Source: Callorhinchus milii
Taxonomy: Eukaryota
Length of the DNA: 64,000 bases
Assembly (NCBI RefSeq): GCF_018977255.1
Contig: NW_024704742.1
Span: 35,962,001-36,026,000, forward strand
Reading direction: 5' to 3'
This document shows positions 1 to 12,800 of the stretch, piece after piece; position 1 is the first letter of the stretch, and every line of letters begins with the position of its first letter. The notes beneath the pieces were generated by a model. It ran no database searches. It was not told the DNA's origin and saw only the letters and a list, made by a program, of their open reading frames with translations. Made by a program: the position numbers and the translations under genes.

Positions 1-1782
1 TAAAGTGTAATGACTGTGTGTTTGGTGGGTAAATATATATGTTTAGATAGGTCTCCTTTGAAATAACTCTTTACCAGTGCTCTCTCCTTATGTTTTTCCT
101 GTAAACTCAATCTGTTTTTCTTATGTATTAATATTTTAACTGATTCACTCATTAGTTTTCAACAATGCTTATTTAACTTACACATAACATCCTTTTATTA
201 TGGTCAGCTGTCTGTCTGACAACATGGATACCTATCACCAAGCTTAGTCCTCTCCAAACCAAACTACTGAGGATTCCACATATGTATAGCTTCTGTTTAC
301 CTGTTGTCGAGTGTGCACTCTCTGCTGGAGGGAAGCACTCTGGTAGAGTGTTTAGGTGCAAAGATTTGGGGATGCCAGAGTATGCATTGATGTACTGCTG
401 GAGTTCAATCGGTTACAACTATGCACTTTGCCATTGCAAACACTGGATAGCTTCCTGCTCCTTGTCCAGGTAGGACCACCTTCTTACCCATTGGCCTGCA
501 GGGTTAATAGAATCCCAGTAGGAAGAATCCCATCCTCAGTGACTGGTCTATCCCTTTACTAATGAGTCATACTGGCTAGTCCATTGTCAACAGTGTCTCG
601 GAGTACTGCGGACCTGCCTGGTACAGGAATCGGACGAAGTCCACCACAGAGGATTGACTTACAACTATTCATTAAATGCTCTTGAGCATGTTCTCCACTT
701 CTTGCTTCACTCATTGTTTGAACAATGAAACAACACTATCTATTCCTTCAGTCTACAGGTACGGAATCTATATTTAAAGAGCTCCTGTTAATATAACTGA
801 GGGCTTCACCTAATCCCTCTTTCTATTTGTCCGGATTCTGGGAGTGTTGCATCGGGTCCAAGTTGCCTGCATATATTTAGCTCCTTGAGCTTCTTCAAAA
901 CGTGCTTTACTGATTCCTGAGCTAACATAATTAGATCCAGAATTTGTTAGTTATCTATAATATGGATCATCTGGTCATCTATGGAAAAGAAGCTGGGAAT
1001 GCTTGGGTTAAGTTTAAAAAAAAGATATTATTAACACCAAAAGAATGGCACAAACCCTTGTTATAGCAATCATTTACGAGCAAAGGCAGTGCTTATTGAC
1101 ACCAAAGTTGTTTTCTACACAAAGGTAAGTCATTGAACTGGATTACACAACGATTTTGTGAATTCCATTTCGATAACACGTGTTTAAATTGGAAAACAAT
1201 CTGACTGGAAATCATCCACTTTCCCATAGATCAGCACATTATTGATTTGTTTTTTCTCTAAATAGAGTGAAATTTTCAAATTCTAAAAGAAACTTGAATT
1301 GTGACTTTTCATGCAACACTTCCAGTTATAATAAACACCCAGACATGATGGCACTATAATTGTTCTCAGTGACTGAATGATGGAAAGGCAAAAGGTAGCC
1401 AGGGTACCTTATCTGGGTTGTCTATGGATTTCTGCAGGTTTGGTTTAACAGGTGTGATCAGGATTTGGTTTCACTTGATGGACTCATGGTTTGTGGCCGC
1501 TTCTACCACAAAATATACAGTCAATCCACTTTACCATATATTGTGTGAAGAGCTTTGAGACATCTCAATGATGTGATAAGGTGCCATATCAAAGGCAAGG
1601 ATTATTATTATTATTGAATAATCTACCAGTTCTCGCTATTTGGGATCATACATCAAGAGAAGCCTTTTGGATGTGATTTAATAATATTTCTCTTATATAA
1701 CTCTAATATTGGGTACCACTAAGCCTCAGCAGTACTTCCACACATTGGCCTTAATATGGTTTCCTACTATTCTAACTTATCA

Positions 1783-2310
1783 TCAACAACCACAACAAAT
1801 TACACTTGTATAGCACCTTTCACGTTGTGAGGACATCCCAAGGCACTGGACAGTCAGGGATTTGGACCTCAGTAGGGAATTGGGATCAGGAGGGGTGGCA
1901 GGGGTAGGAGGATCACTGAAGAATTGGTCGAAGAGGAAGGTCTTGAGATGTGCCTTGATGGAGGCAAGCGAGAGAGCAAGGTGAAGGGAACGTGGGCTGG
2001 AGTTCCAAAGGTTGAGGCAGAGAAGCTGAAGGCCCGACTGCCAATGGTGGGGTGGCCTGGGCTGAGGACATGGAGCAGGCCAGAACCTGCTGAACAGAGG
2101 GAGCGGACAGGTTGATAATGGTGGGTAATTTTGAACTCTATTCTCTGGGGGATGGGAAGCCAGTGGAGCTGGGTAAGGGTGGGGGTGATAGGGTCATGGA
2201 GCGTGGTGTGGGAGAGGACATGAGCTGCATAGTTCTGAATGATCTGCAGCTTGTGGAGGGAAGAGCTGGGAAGGCTGACAAGCAGGGAGTTGGCTCAGTC
2301 AAGCCTAGAT
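1783..2310 (-). mobile_element. L2 LINE 3' portion
   Basis: Similar to 16860-17467; (CAA)n tail. Confidence 0.85.
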
Positions 2311-3393
2311 GTACAAAAATGATGCAGGTGACTTGATGCATTTTACTGGTGATAATTATCACATAGCATACCACATTTTCTAGCCCTATGGAGCAAAATG
2401 TATGTTAGTCTTTAACTATGATGGCTAATTAAGGAATGCTGTTAATTATCCCCCTAGATTTCAAATTCAAAAAATTCTGCCTTAAGTTAGTTTGTGATAT
2501 ATTGTATTCCAGCACATTGAGGCCTCCATTCACATTTCTATTCGATTGAAGATAAACGGCGAGAAATTCTTCGTCAGTAGGTGAGGTGGATTTGTTGATG
2601 TACATTGCTGAAACTACACAGACCTGTGAATGCATCATTACATTTCCTGCACTTAGTAGTATGAGGTGTCAGCCTGGCTCAGTTGGTAGGACTCGCACCT
2701 CTGACTCAGTCGGTTGTGCGTTCAAGCCCACGTCAGGACTTTGAACTCAATTGTTGTTGTAGTGGCTGTTCTAATTCTGTATGTTAAACTGTAGTTTAAC
2801 ACTGTAGTGAGAGGGTCAATTTGCCTTTACGTGTTGTGAATTTCAGGGTTCTGAAGGTTTAATGGGTAGATCAAGCAAAGAAGAAATTGTATTTTCAAAG
2901 AAGGAATCATATTTACAATACAATATGATTTACATCTATTTAGCACCCTTTAGGTTTAGAAGATGACTTATTTAAAGAACTTTACAGGTGCCTGGACATG
3001 GAGGCAGGAGGCGGGAAAGGGAAAGGGAGGAAAGATGGTCGAGAGAGCAGTGAAAGAGGTAAATGCTAACGCTGATTTTATAAATTGAGATGGAGAATGC
3101 GAGTTAGTGGATCCAAACAATATGGAGGGAGTAGGATTAGGACCACGTCCAAACAACTCGAAGCACTAAACTACAAATGTCAACATGGAAATGACTGTTT
3201 TTGTGGGCAAAGTAAATAAACAAGGGACTACACATAAATACCTTTGACACTCGATGATATTATCTGTAAAGTAATACTATTTCACTTGAGAGAACATTTA
3301 CCCATATCCAGGAATACCATACAGTAATTCAGTGTGCAATATTAGTCAGCTGATAACTGGAATGAGATGGGATGTTTTGAGTGCCATCTATTT

Positions 3394-3407
3394 CCACTAG
3401 ATGGCAC
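3394..3407 (+). promoter_or_regulatory. CTCF-like motif CCACTAGATGGCAC inside an 18-bp-arm hairpin (3373-3415)
   Basis: Visual match to the CTCF core consensus CC(A/G)(C/G)(C/T)AG(A/G)(G/T)GGC(G/A)C. Confidence 0.55.
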
Positions 3408-5028
3408 TCAGAACACATTGTTTATGAACCTGAAAAAAAGTTGCTTTTCTAACACAGCTGATACATTGTAGTACTTAAATTGTGATAAATTCTGTGCATT
3501 ACATACTGATAATCGATTGTGTTTGTAATTTTAAAATCAATGATAAATTGCCATGAGATCCAGTTATGAAATGATAGGTTGTTGTTCACTGCTCCAGTTT
3601 GCTCGAGGTTTGTTTTTTTTCCGGATGAAGCAGTGTACCTATATTTTGAAAGACATAGAAAATGGGGTTCAGCGTGCACTTTTAGGCAACAATCTGTTCC
3701 ATGTTAAATGACACTGCAGTAGATAATTGCGTTTTGCCCACAAAATATAGTTAATTTACTTTACAGTATATTCTGTGAAGCGCTTTGAGACGTCTCAATT
3801 ATGTGCTAAGGCGCTCCATCAAATGCAAGGAATTGTATAATTATAGTTGTGCCAGAGATGTATGAAATTAACAATTCTTGTGAAATTAACACGAGGGGTC
3901 TAGGATATAAAAGTTAACTTGACTACATGAGGAGAAGGGAAACAGAGGGGGCTGGGAGGAGGTATAGGGAGAAGGAATTAGGAAGGGTCGTAGATCATGC
4001 AGAGTATAACCAAATGGCATGGACTAGTTGGGCTAATTTAACAGTTTGGTTCAGAACAGTCTGTGTGATTTTGCATTATTGATCTGCATGCAAGTTCTTT
4101 GATTATTTAAAAATGTGCTGATGGTGCCAAGCTATGAGATCAGGAGAGTGATAAAAGAAAGATGTCTAATGTTCAATATGGACCAAATAAATAGGTCACA
4201 AAGTAGAAATCATGATTAGCTATATCTGTTTGCCCTTGATGAATGAATCATTAATACCATCCATATTCTGTAGCAGGGAGGTCAACTTGTGGCCCATGAG
4301 TCACATTACGCATGTGTAAAATAGTCATGCATGTGGGCCATCCATGCTCCATAATACTGTCAGTCTGTCTCAGTTCATACTACTTTTCACTGTCAGTCAG
4401 ACGTTTGGGAATTCAAACTGTGGATTAAAAATTAGAACTTAAGACTTCATAGTTTAAAACTACATTGCAGTACTGGGGAAATGCTGCATTGTCATAGACA
4501 CTGTCCTTCAATTGAGATATTAAAAAAACAAGATCCTGTCTGCTGTTTAGCTGGACATTAAAGATTTCATGCACTATTTGAACATAAGAACATAAGAAAT
4601 GCTAGATGAAAAAAGACCAAGGTCCATCGAGTTCGCCTTCCACCTTCCCGGCAGTCGCATGCATGACCGTACAATCTTCTATTTGAAAAGAGAAGAATTT
4701 TTTTCCCGGTGTTATGGCCAACACTCCTCCTGATAAAATGAATCATTCAGTTCATGGCTGTTGTGGGAATTGCCGGGCGCAAATTAGCTGCTGTGTTCAT
4801 CTACAAGCATGCATTTTATCGTAAATCCTGTGAAGCGCTATGAGAAATATTGACAACATAATAAGGTCAAATGCAAGGATTATTGTCATGCCCTGCTTTT
4901 ACAGTGCAGTCTTGATTGGAAGATTTGATGAGAGGTAATTTTGGTATTGCATTTCAAAACATGAAAGGCACGCAGTATATATTGTGATTTTTTTTAAAAA
5001 ATGACTGATATAATTTGTGCGTCTATTG

Positions 5029-5034
5029 TTTATT
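5029..5034 (-). terminator. Candidate polyadenylation signal (AATAAA) for PRKG2
   Basis: First non-repeat AATAAA I found downstream of the stop on the minus strand; an ATTAAA alternative lies at 6088-6093. Confidence 0.3.
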
Positions 5035-5477
5035 AAAAAATAAAGAAAACTTCTAGTACAAAAACATTTTGTATCAACTCTGATAAGCAAAATGCAGTAA
5101 CTAAATTTGCATCTTATTACAGTATAATCCATGCACATCAACATGAGTTGGAGTGACAGTATTGCACTACTTTTTTCTCTCATAATAGAACTTTCAATTG
5201 TCTCCTCAATGGACAAATATTTATGAGCCCATTTTCCAGCTGTGCTTTGTTCCATTATAGCAAATCAAAAGTAAACACTATGGTTTATAGTTCAACGAGA
5301 CATGTGTGGATCAGCAAGTAAGAGTCATGCTACATGATCTACAATTTTGGCCAATGAACATCAAGTTTATAAACACAGTAGAATGTAATGGCATTGCGGC
5401 TTATACATGAACAACATGGTAGCTACAATTGCAATACTAGCTAGCAGTTGCAATGAAGATGGGAACTTGAACTTTAT

Positions 5478-5775
5478 AATATAATAATAATAATCCTTGC
5501 ATTCAATATGGCACTTTTCACATCTTCTAGACGTCTCAAAGCGCTTCACAGAATAGACTAAAGTGAATTGACTGTATATTTGTGGGCAAAACGCAGCAGC
5601 CAATTGCGCACAGCAGTGTCCCACAAACAGTCGTGGATTGAAGTGACTAATTTATTTTTTCTTCTTCTTGAGGAATTATTATCAGGCGTGTGGAGTAAGG
5701 AAACCCAAGGTATCGTCCTGCCGGGAATTGAACCCAGGTGTCTCGCTTGTGAGGTGAGTGCTCTAACCACTCATC
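5478..5775 (-). mobile_element. tRNA-derived SINE
   Basis: Reverse complement of the same family, with (AAT)n tail at 5478. Confidence 0.85.
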
Positions 5776-6783
5776 TCACAAGCGAGCAGCATACTTCATT
5801 TATACAATTTGCACATGACCAAAAAGTGAAACCACATCTTATTTGGTCATAAGAACCTCAATGTTGTGATATTTGCGCATCATGTATGCAAAACTCTTTT
5901 CAAGTACTGCCATTTTTCAGTACATTTTACTGTATCAATTATTTTAACTGGAGCAATTTTCCTGATTTTCTAACAGAATGGCCATTGCTGGATTAAAGAA
6001 TAAAATAAGAAATGTAATTGTGTTTGTTTTATGTTTGACTTCAAAACCGCCAGGTTCCAGCTTCTACAGCATTGTCTATAGTCTTCCTTTAATAATAGTT
6101 ACCTCATCGTACACACAAGCAAAATTTTACATGGCCCTTTGAAGACTTCTGTAGCATTCTTCCCCATTTATAATAATGGCAAGATTGGAAATAAACAAAC
6201 CACATTCCAGATAAGAAAATGACAAGTTAAGAAAGATTTTGTATTTATGTTTGAGGCTTTCAAAATGGCTATATCTCCCTTATAATATTCAGTGTTCATT
6301 CAACAAGTGTTCTTTGAAGCACTCACCAGTAACAAAGTTAGATTAAACACCCCACAAAATATACAGTCAAATCACTTCACATTATATTCTGTGAAGCGCT
6401 TTGAGACATCTCGAAGACGTTATATTAAATGCAAGGATTATTATTATTTATTATTAAACAAGCAATGAAATCTGACTTACTGAGATTCCAGTACATAAGA
6501 AACCATACTATTTTGTACATATACAGAATGCTTGCTAATAGTAACATAGCAAGAATGTGTGAAATGCAGCTTTCAGAAAATTAAGATACAAACCTTACTA
6601 CACTGCAGGATGTAGCTAGTAACATGTACCAAAATGATTAGTTACCAACTAGATTGGAAAGCTGTTGGTATATTGAAAATCAAATATACCGCACTTGAGG
6701 TCACTCTGCTTCCTAACGATCCAGCAATAACAGTTGCATTTTTCCCCCATTTCTCCCACTCCAATGCAGGATGTTTCATTGAC

Positions 6784-6879
6784 CTAGAAATCCTTGTCCC
6801 AGCCTGATAGTTCATCTGATGGTATATCCTTGTCAGGGGGATAGCTGTCAAAGTATCTATAATCCGTAGGGCCTCGTAG
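6784..6879 (-). CDS. PRKG2: PRKG2 last coding exon
   Basis: [31 protein letters not shown] followed by TAG stop at 6786-6784; 96 nt. Confidence 0.97.
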   Translation of the reverse strand, partial: LRGPTDYRYFDSYPPDKDIPSDELSGWDKDF

Positions 6880-9800
6880 CTTTAAAATAAATCATAATGT
6901 GTATTATTCAGTTTTCTCACCAATATACAGATTGTTTATATTGCTGAAGCTGTACGAAATCAGCAGCACAAATGTCCCATAAAACATCATATTACACGGC
7001 ATCTACCCATCAAATTATTTTATGGCAGAATATGATTAAAGGGCAGAAAATCTGACCACTTTAAAAATAATAACAAGAAACAAGTACCTCTCGTTTTAAA
7101 GGTGATAATAATGTCCTGGCTTTCAAACCCTCCCAGTTGAAACCATTGAACCATCTGCAATAGAAGAGATTTGAATACATGATGTAATTTTGTTCTGTTT
7201 TTCACATGAGTTGGTGATGTCAAGATGCAAGCAAAATGTTTGGGTATGAAAGACAGGAATTGTCAGGTTCAGTTTCCTTGATGTTAATCCAATGAGCTAT
7301 TTAACCATTAATTCTGTGAATTACCTGGGGCAACACACGACAATTAGCCTCACCAGACCTGTGACATTTTGGTCTGTTTGAACTTGCGTTTGGTTTATTT
7401 ACATTCTGAGGAGGGAGCCTTTTCCAGCTGACAAAAATATAGATTAATTCAGAAAAGTTGCACCTCCTCCTAAAATATATATTTTTTGGTCAGCCGTGTG
7501 TCTCACTCATCACCAGGCTTAAGAGTATCCAAACCAAACTGAGAATTTCGTGCATCCCAACTACACATGGAAATCCCAGAGATAGATTATTGGAATGGAA
7601 TGCGCACTCTCTTCCTGGAGGGACACATCCTGCTGACCTAATTCCAGAAAGTATTAGGTGCAGGTTGGCAAGAAGCAAGGCTTGGAGACCTCAGAGGGTG
7701 TGTTGGGGTAACTGCTCAGTGTCTAACCAGCTAAAACTGCATAGTTTGTGATTGATAGCAATGTCTTGCAAACTTTCCCGCTGCATGTCCATCTAGGACC
7801 ACCCAAGCCATGAGGGCTTTGGCTTGCAGAGCTAACAGGAGCTGATTGGGATGACTCCCTGCAACGGGTGACTGGTCTGTCCTACCAGGTCCTGCTGATG
7901 AGCCAGATTGGCTGTGCTGTCATCAGCAGTGCCCTGGAGTCCTGCGGACCCAACTGACTCAGAAAATGGACAATCGAGACTGCCACAGAGGGGGCTGGCT
8001 CATTCCGACGTTCTGTTTCCACACATGTCAGCTTGGAGCCAGTTCAGCTCCAAGGAGACCCCGATTGCCCTCACCTCAAGGAAGATAGTCACGAGTTGGT
8101 CATTTGACATCTGACAAACACAGGTTTGAGCCTCACTAAGTGGAGAGCAGGTACCAGGAACTCCCTGCGAGCTTCCTAAAGAGCAACATATCTCAGCATG
8201 AAATACGTGAGAGCATTGCCACCATCTTCCCGTCCACAGCTTAGACACGCGTCCCTTCCCATTGAGCGATGGTTCCACCAGTTAGAGGTGCGGAGTTTAA
8301 GCAGCAGCTGCTTGCCTCTCTGCAAGCCAATCAAAATGAGGAAAACTCTAAAGCTTGGGGCGACAGTTACTGGAAGGTTTTACCTGGAGTCCGAGTATCT
8401 AACACCTCCTAAAATAAATCCCATTTAGTTACTTGATAGACATTACCTGTGTTTCTTTATGTCAGTTATTCCATTTTTCAGATTTCCTAGACGTTCATTT
8501 GGGTTTTGTCTGCAGCAAAAGATATTGAGGAATAATGAATAATAATAATAATAATAATAATGTTTACAATGTTCTCTCTCCTCCTGAAGGCAGTGACTAA
8601 CTCTGGGGGTACGTTTGCATGGGTACCAGCAGCTCTTCAATAGCTCACCTATTTAGATCATTGTTTATATGTGAGCCAAGGCAGTGTGTCAACTTGCTAT
8701 TCGGCTATGTTGGTCAAGACTATTGAGGCTCATTCTTACCTGAGCCTGTCCATGCACACAAACCTATCAGCATGGATCACTGACAAGTCATTGTGCAGGA
8801 ATCCTGGCTACTCCTTTATGTGACGACATGGAGCACCTCCTAGGGACATTAGTTTAGATCAGCTGCAAAATACAGGGATCAAAAACCTGGGATCTTCCTG
8901 AATTTCCTGACTCAGTGCTATATCTCCATTATACAATATTTCATGAAAATATTTTCCTGCTTAAAAGTCAAATAAATCAGAAGCTCAATTTTTTTCCCCA
9001 TAAATTTGGAATATAAATAATAATCTTGGCATTTGATATAGCACCTTAACATTCAAACATCTCACAGAGCTTCACAGGTATTAGTTGTATTAGTGACTGT
9101 GTATTTCTAAACAAACACAGTCAATTTGCCCACAGCAATATCTTACAAAGAGCCATGACCAATTTTAGCTGAGGCAATGTTGGCCAGCACATCAGGACAC
9201 CATCCCTTCTCTTTTTGAACCATTCCATGGGATGTTTAACATCCATCTGAACATCAACAACAACAACAAAATTTCATTTGTATAGCACCTTTCACGTCGG
9301 GAGGATGTCCCAAGTGCTGGACAGGCAGTTTCAGAACAGGCAGACAAGACTTAGTTTAACATCTCATCTAAAGAATGGATTTATAACTTTTACTGAGCAC
9401 AGCTTTAACCAGGCACAGGATGTTAGGTGGATCAACAGAGCTTTGTCTATTTTTAGGGGTTAGCTGCTATTGTAAACTCATTACAATAATTAATCTGTAA
9501 ATACTGTTAAAGAAACTTGGGTGCATTTTGTATGGAATTCTCACCAACATCAGGAACCTTTATAATCTCATATGTTCTGCTGATGACAGAAGGCTACTTG
9601 ATTGCATTATTTAACTGGAACAAGAATGTCTGTCTTGAAAAATCCAAGCCTATAAGTCATGTGGAGAATAGAAACTGCAATTATCAACCCCCTTTCTTTT
9701 GACGGGAGTTACTTTAACAGGTTGATGAGCTGCTAAAATTGTATCTCAGTTGGCCGAGTATAAAAGCTCAGTGACAAGTTTAGTCACCACAAAGTAGTTG

Positions 9801-12800
9801 TTCCTATGACTCAAGGTCAGATAATGATGAAGTACATTCATTCAGTGAGATCACTCCCTAGGTACTGGCACCTTTAACATCAAGCATCACTGTTTTTTTG
9901 ATGTATGTCTTATTATTTCAAGTTAGCAACAGCCTGAGTAAGTGGTCTGCTCTTTACAACTGTTGCCAACGCCTGCAAAATGCAAATGCCTCCGGAAGAA
10001 TTTCTGAAGTAAAAACTGCCACTGTTAACATCCAAGTTGGTTAACACATCACTGAAGGAAATATTCCATGACTCAAAATGGTTGGGCTCGAAACTAGCTG
10101 CATCGCCATTTGGACTTGCCCACTCATAGACACCACCTTTTATCGGTATTCCACTAACCAGTACTTCAATGCTATGAGCTCTGGAAGACTATTCGTGTTA
10201 AGAGGTGATTGATAAATAGTAAGCTTTATGAATTATTTGGCTATCCCCACTTCCTATTATGAAATACAAAAGATGGCTGCAGCAAAGCAAGTTCAATAAG
10301 GGCGTACATCCCATCATTTCAAAGCAGTTTTTGGTTCTTACTTGCATAGCTTACGAATCAAGTCTTCTGGACGCTTTGGTATTTTCTTGGTAAAATCCAC
10401 CTTCTCTATACCTTTGAGAATCATGTTGTAAGTCATCATCTGATCATAGCCAGAAAATGGTGGGCTGTTAAACAAATGAAATGGAAATGTGAGGTATACC
10501 ATACCAATCATGTTCTGTTGAGTTTTAAGTTGTATCCTTCATTGTCTATTACTTTTGAAGCTGATTATGCATTTATATAGCATCCTTAGGATAACGTCTC
10601 AGAGTGCTTCAGATTGGACGCAAAGAGAGGGAGAAGTGACCTTAAGCGCAGTTAAAGAGGTAGGTCTTAAAGATAAAGAGGGAGTGAGGCAGAGAGTTAC
10701 AGGAAGAGAGCTCCAGAGATTAGAAGCTAAGTGATTGGTGTGGATTTGGTATGAGTGAAGATACAAAAGGATGAATTTTGTATTTACTGGACTTTGTAGA
10801 TGGTAGAACTGTGGAGACCAGCGTTTGGGGTTTTGGGGGTTTTAGTGGCATTTGCTGTGAGATAATGGCAGAAGTGGGCAAACTCTTTCTCTCTGAAATG
10901 TATTCTTTTGGAGGCTGTTTCAGTTCTCTGAGTTAGTCGAACCAGCACATTAATAGAAAATGGATTAAGAGTTGAGCTATCGAGTTAAGTAGTGGAAATT
11001 GATGGTTGGTTTTGCAAAACACACCAAGAAAATGTTTCTGAAGCAGGGGAGAAATTGGCAATGACAACTGGTTTCCTTCATGTCTTTTTGATGTTCAAAT
11101 AGAATAGATATTATGAGGCATACAAAGGAACACTAACCTTCCAATGAGGAGCTCAAAGACAAGTATCCCGAGTGACCAGAAATCCACACTGAAGTCATGG
11201 CCATTGTTCAGAATGATTTCTGGGGCAACATATTCAGGAGTTCCACAAAATGTCCATGTCTTATGCCCTCTGCCAATCTTCTTAGCAAAACCAAAGTCAA
11301 CCTAAAATTACAAAACCATCAAGATGTATTTTTCTATTCTGATTCCTGAATTATTATTAAAGGCTTTACATCTGTAGCCACTTCCCACTAAAAAGCCGTT
11401 TTACACAAATATGTTTTTTTGACAATCTTTGCTTCGGAATGAAATCATCTGTGGTTTTGTCCCAATACCATCATGTGTAAAGAATGGGATGATGAAGTTT
11501 GAAGCCCTAAACTCTCAACTTCGAATGAGAAGTTAAACTGCCTGCGCAGGTGGATGTTAAAGATCCGATGACACTATTTGAAAAGAGAAGGGAGTTTCTC
11601 CCTGTGTCCTGGCCAACAATCTCCCAATTGAAAAAATGGTCACTCACTCCATGGCTGTTGGTGGGATATTGCTGTGCGGAAACTGGCTGGCGTGTTTCGC
11701 CCACAAAGTACACAGTCAATCCACTTTAAAGTATATCCTGTGAGGCGCTTTGAGATATCTCGATGATGTGATAAATCAAATGCAAGGATTATTAATTTAT
11801 ACTATGTGCAATCCATCTGCAAAACAAATACTTGTTAATCGTTGTTGCTCCCATTAAAGATGTAAAATATTGGGGATGATTTTTCCGTCAGTAGATTTAC
11901 TGTTCTTGGTAGTAGAAGCTTTTCTATTGTAGCTCACGCCACACAAGATTACCAACCAGTAGAGAATGAATTACTGACTTTGCCCTACCTATGACGGATA
12001 GGATTGTAAACTGAATTGACTGTGTATTTTGTGGGCGAAATGCAGCAATTTGTTTCATTTGAAGGCGGTACCTTCTAATTGCAGCGCATCCCCTATACTA
12101 TATTGGAGTATCAGTGTAGACTGTGAGCTCAAAGTCCCGATGTGGGGCTTGAAGCCATAACCTTCTGACTCAGAAGCAAGACAGCTGCTAACTGAGCCAG
12201 GCTGACACAAATGGGAAGATGATATGGTTCATTTTGTTAAAGGATGAGATGGAATGTGCATTTAAATGGCAAATGCATTTCAATGTAGAAAAGTGTGAGG
12301 TGGTACATTTTGGTAGAAGGAAAAAGGAAGTCACAGACATCCTGGAAAATAAAAACCTAAATGGGGTAGAGGAGCAAATGGATCTAGGGGTACACATGCA
12401 CAATTCACTAAAAGTAGCAATGCAGGTTAATAAGGCCATAAAAAAAGCAAACCAAGCATTGGGTTCATTTCTAGTGGGATAGAAATGAAAAGTAGAGAAG
12501 TTATGGTAAACTTCTATAGAACCTTGGTTAGACCACACTGAGAATATTGTGTGTAGTTCTGGTCCCCACATTATAGAAGGGATGTGGATACACTGGAGAG
12601 GGTGCACAGGAGATTCACAAGGATGATCCCAGAACTGAGATGTTATACCTAATCAGGAAAGGCTTAACATGCTTGGACACTTTTCTCTTGAAAAGATGAG
12701 GGTAAGGGGTGACCTGATGGAGGTCTTTAAAATGATGAAAGGTTTTGATAGGGTAGACTTAGGGAAGATGTTTTCATTTGTCAAAACCAGGGGCCATAAA

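Noticed and set aside
1..4800. Possible exons of neighbouring genes (BMP3 and RASGEF1B flank PRKG2 in human, as I recall), also sought at 47-64 kb
   Set aside because: No recognisable coding exons found by eye; UTR or short exons cannot be excluded without an alignment search
7890..7925. CTGATGAG hammerhead-like core in the unclassified repeat (also at about 14224)
   Set aside because: No GAAA follows the putative stem II and the word is not retained in other copies
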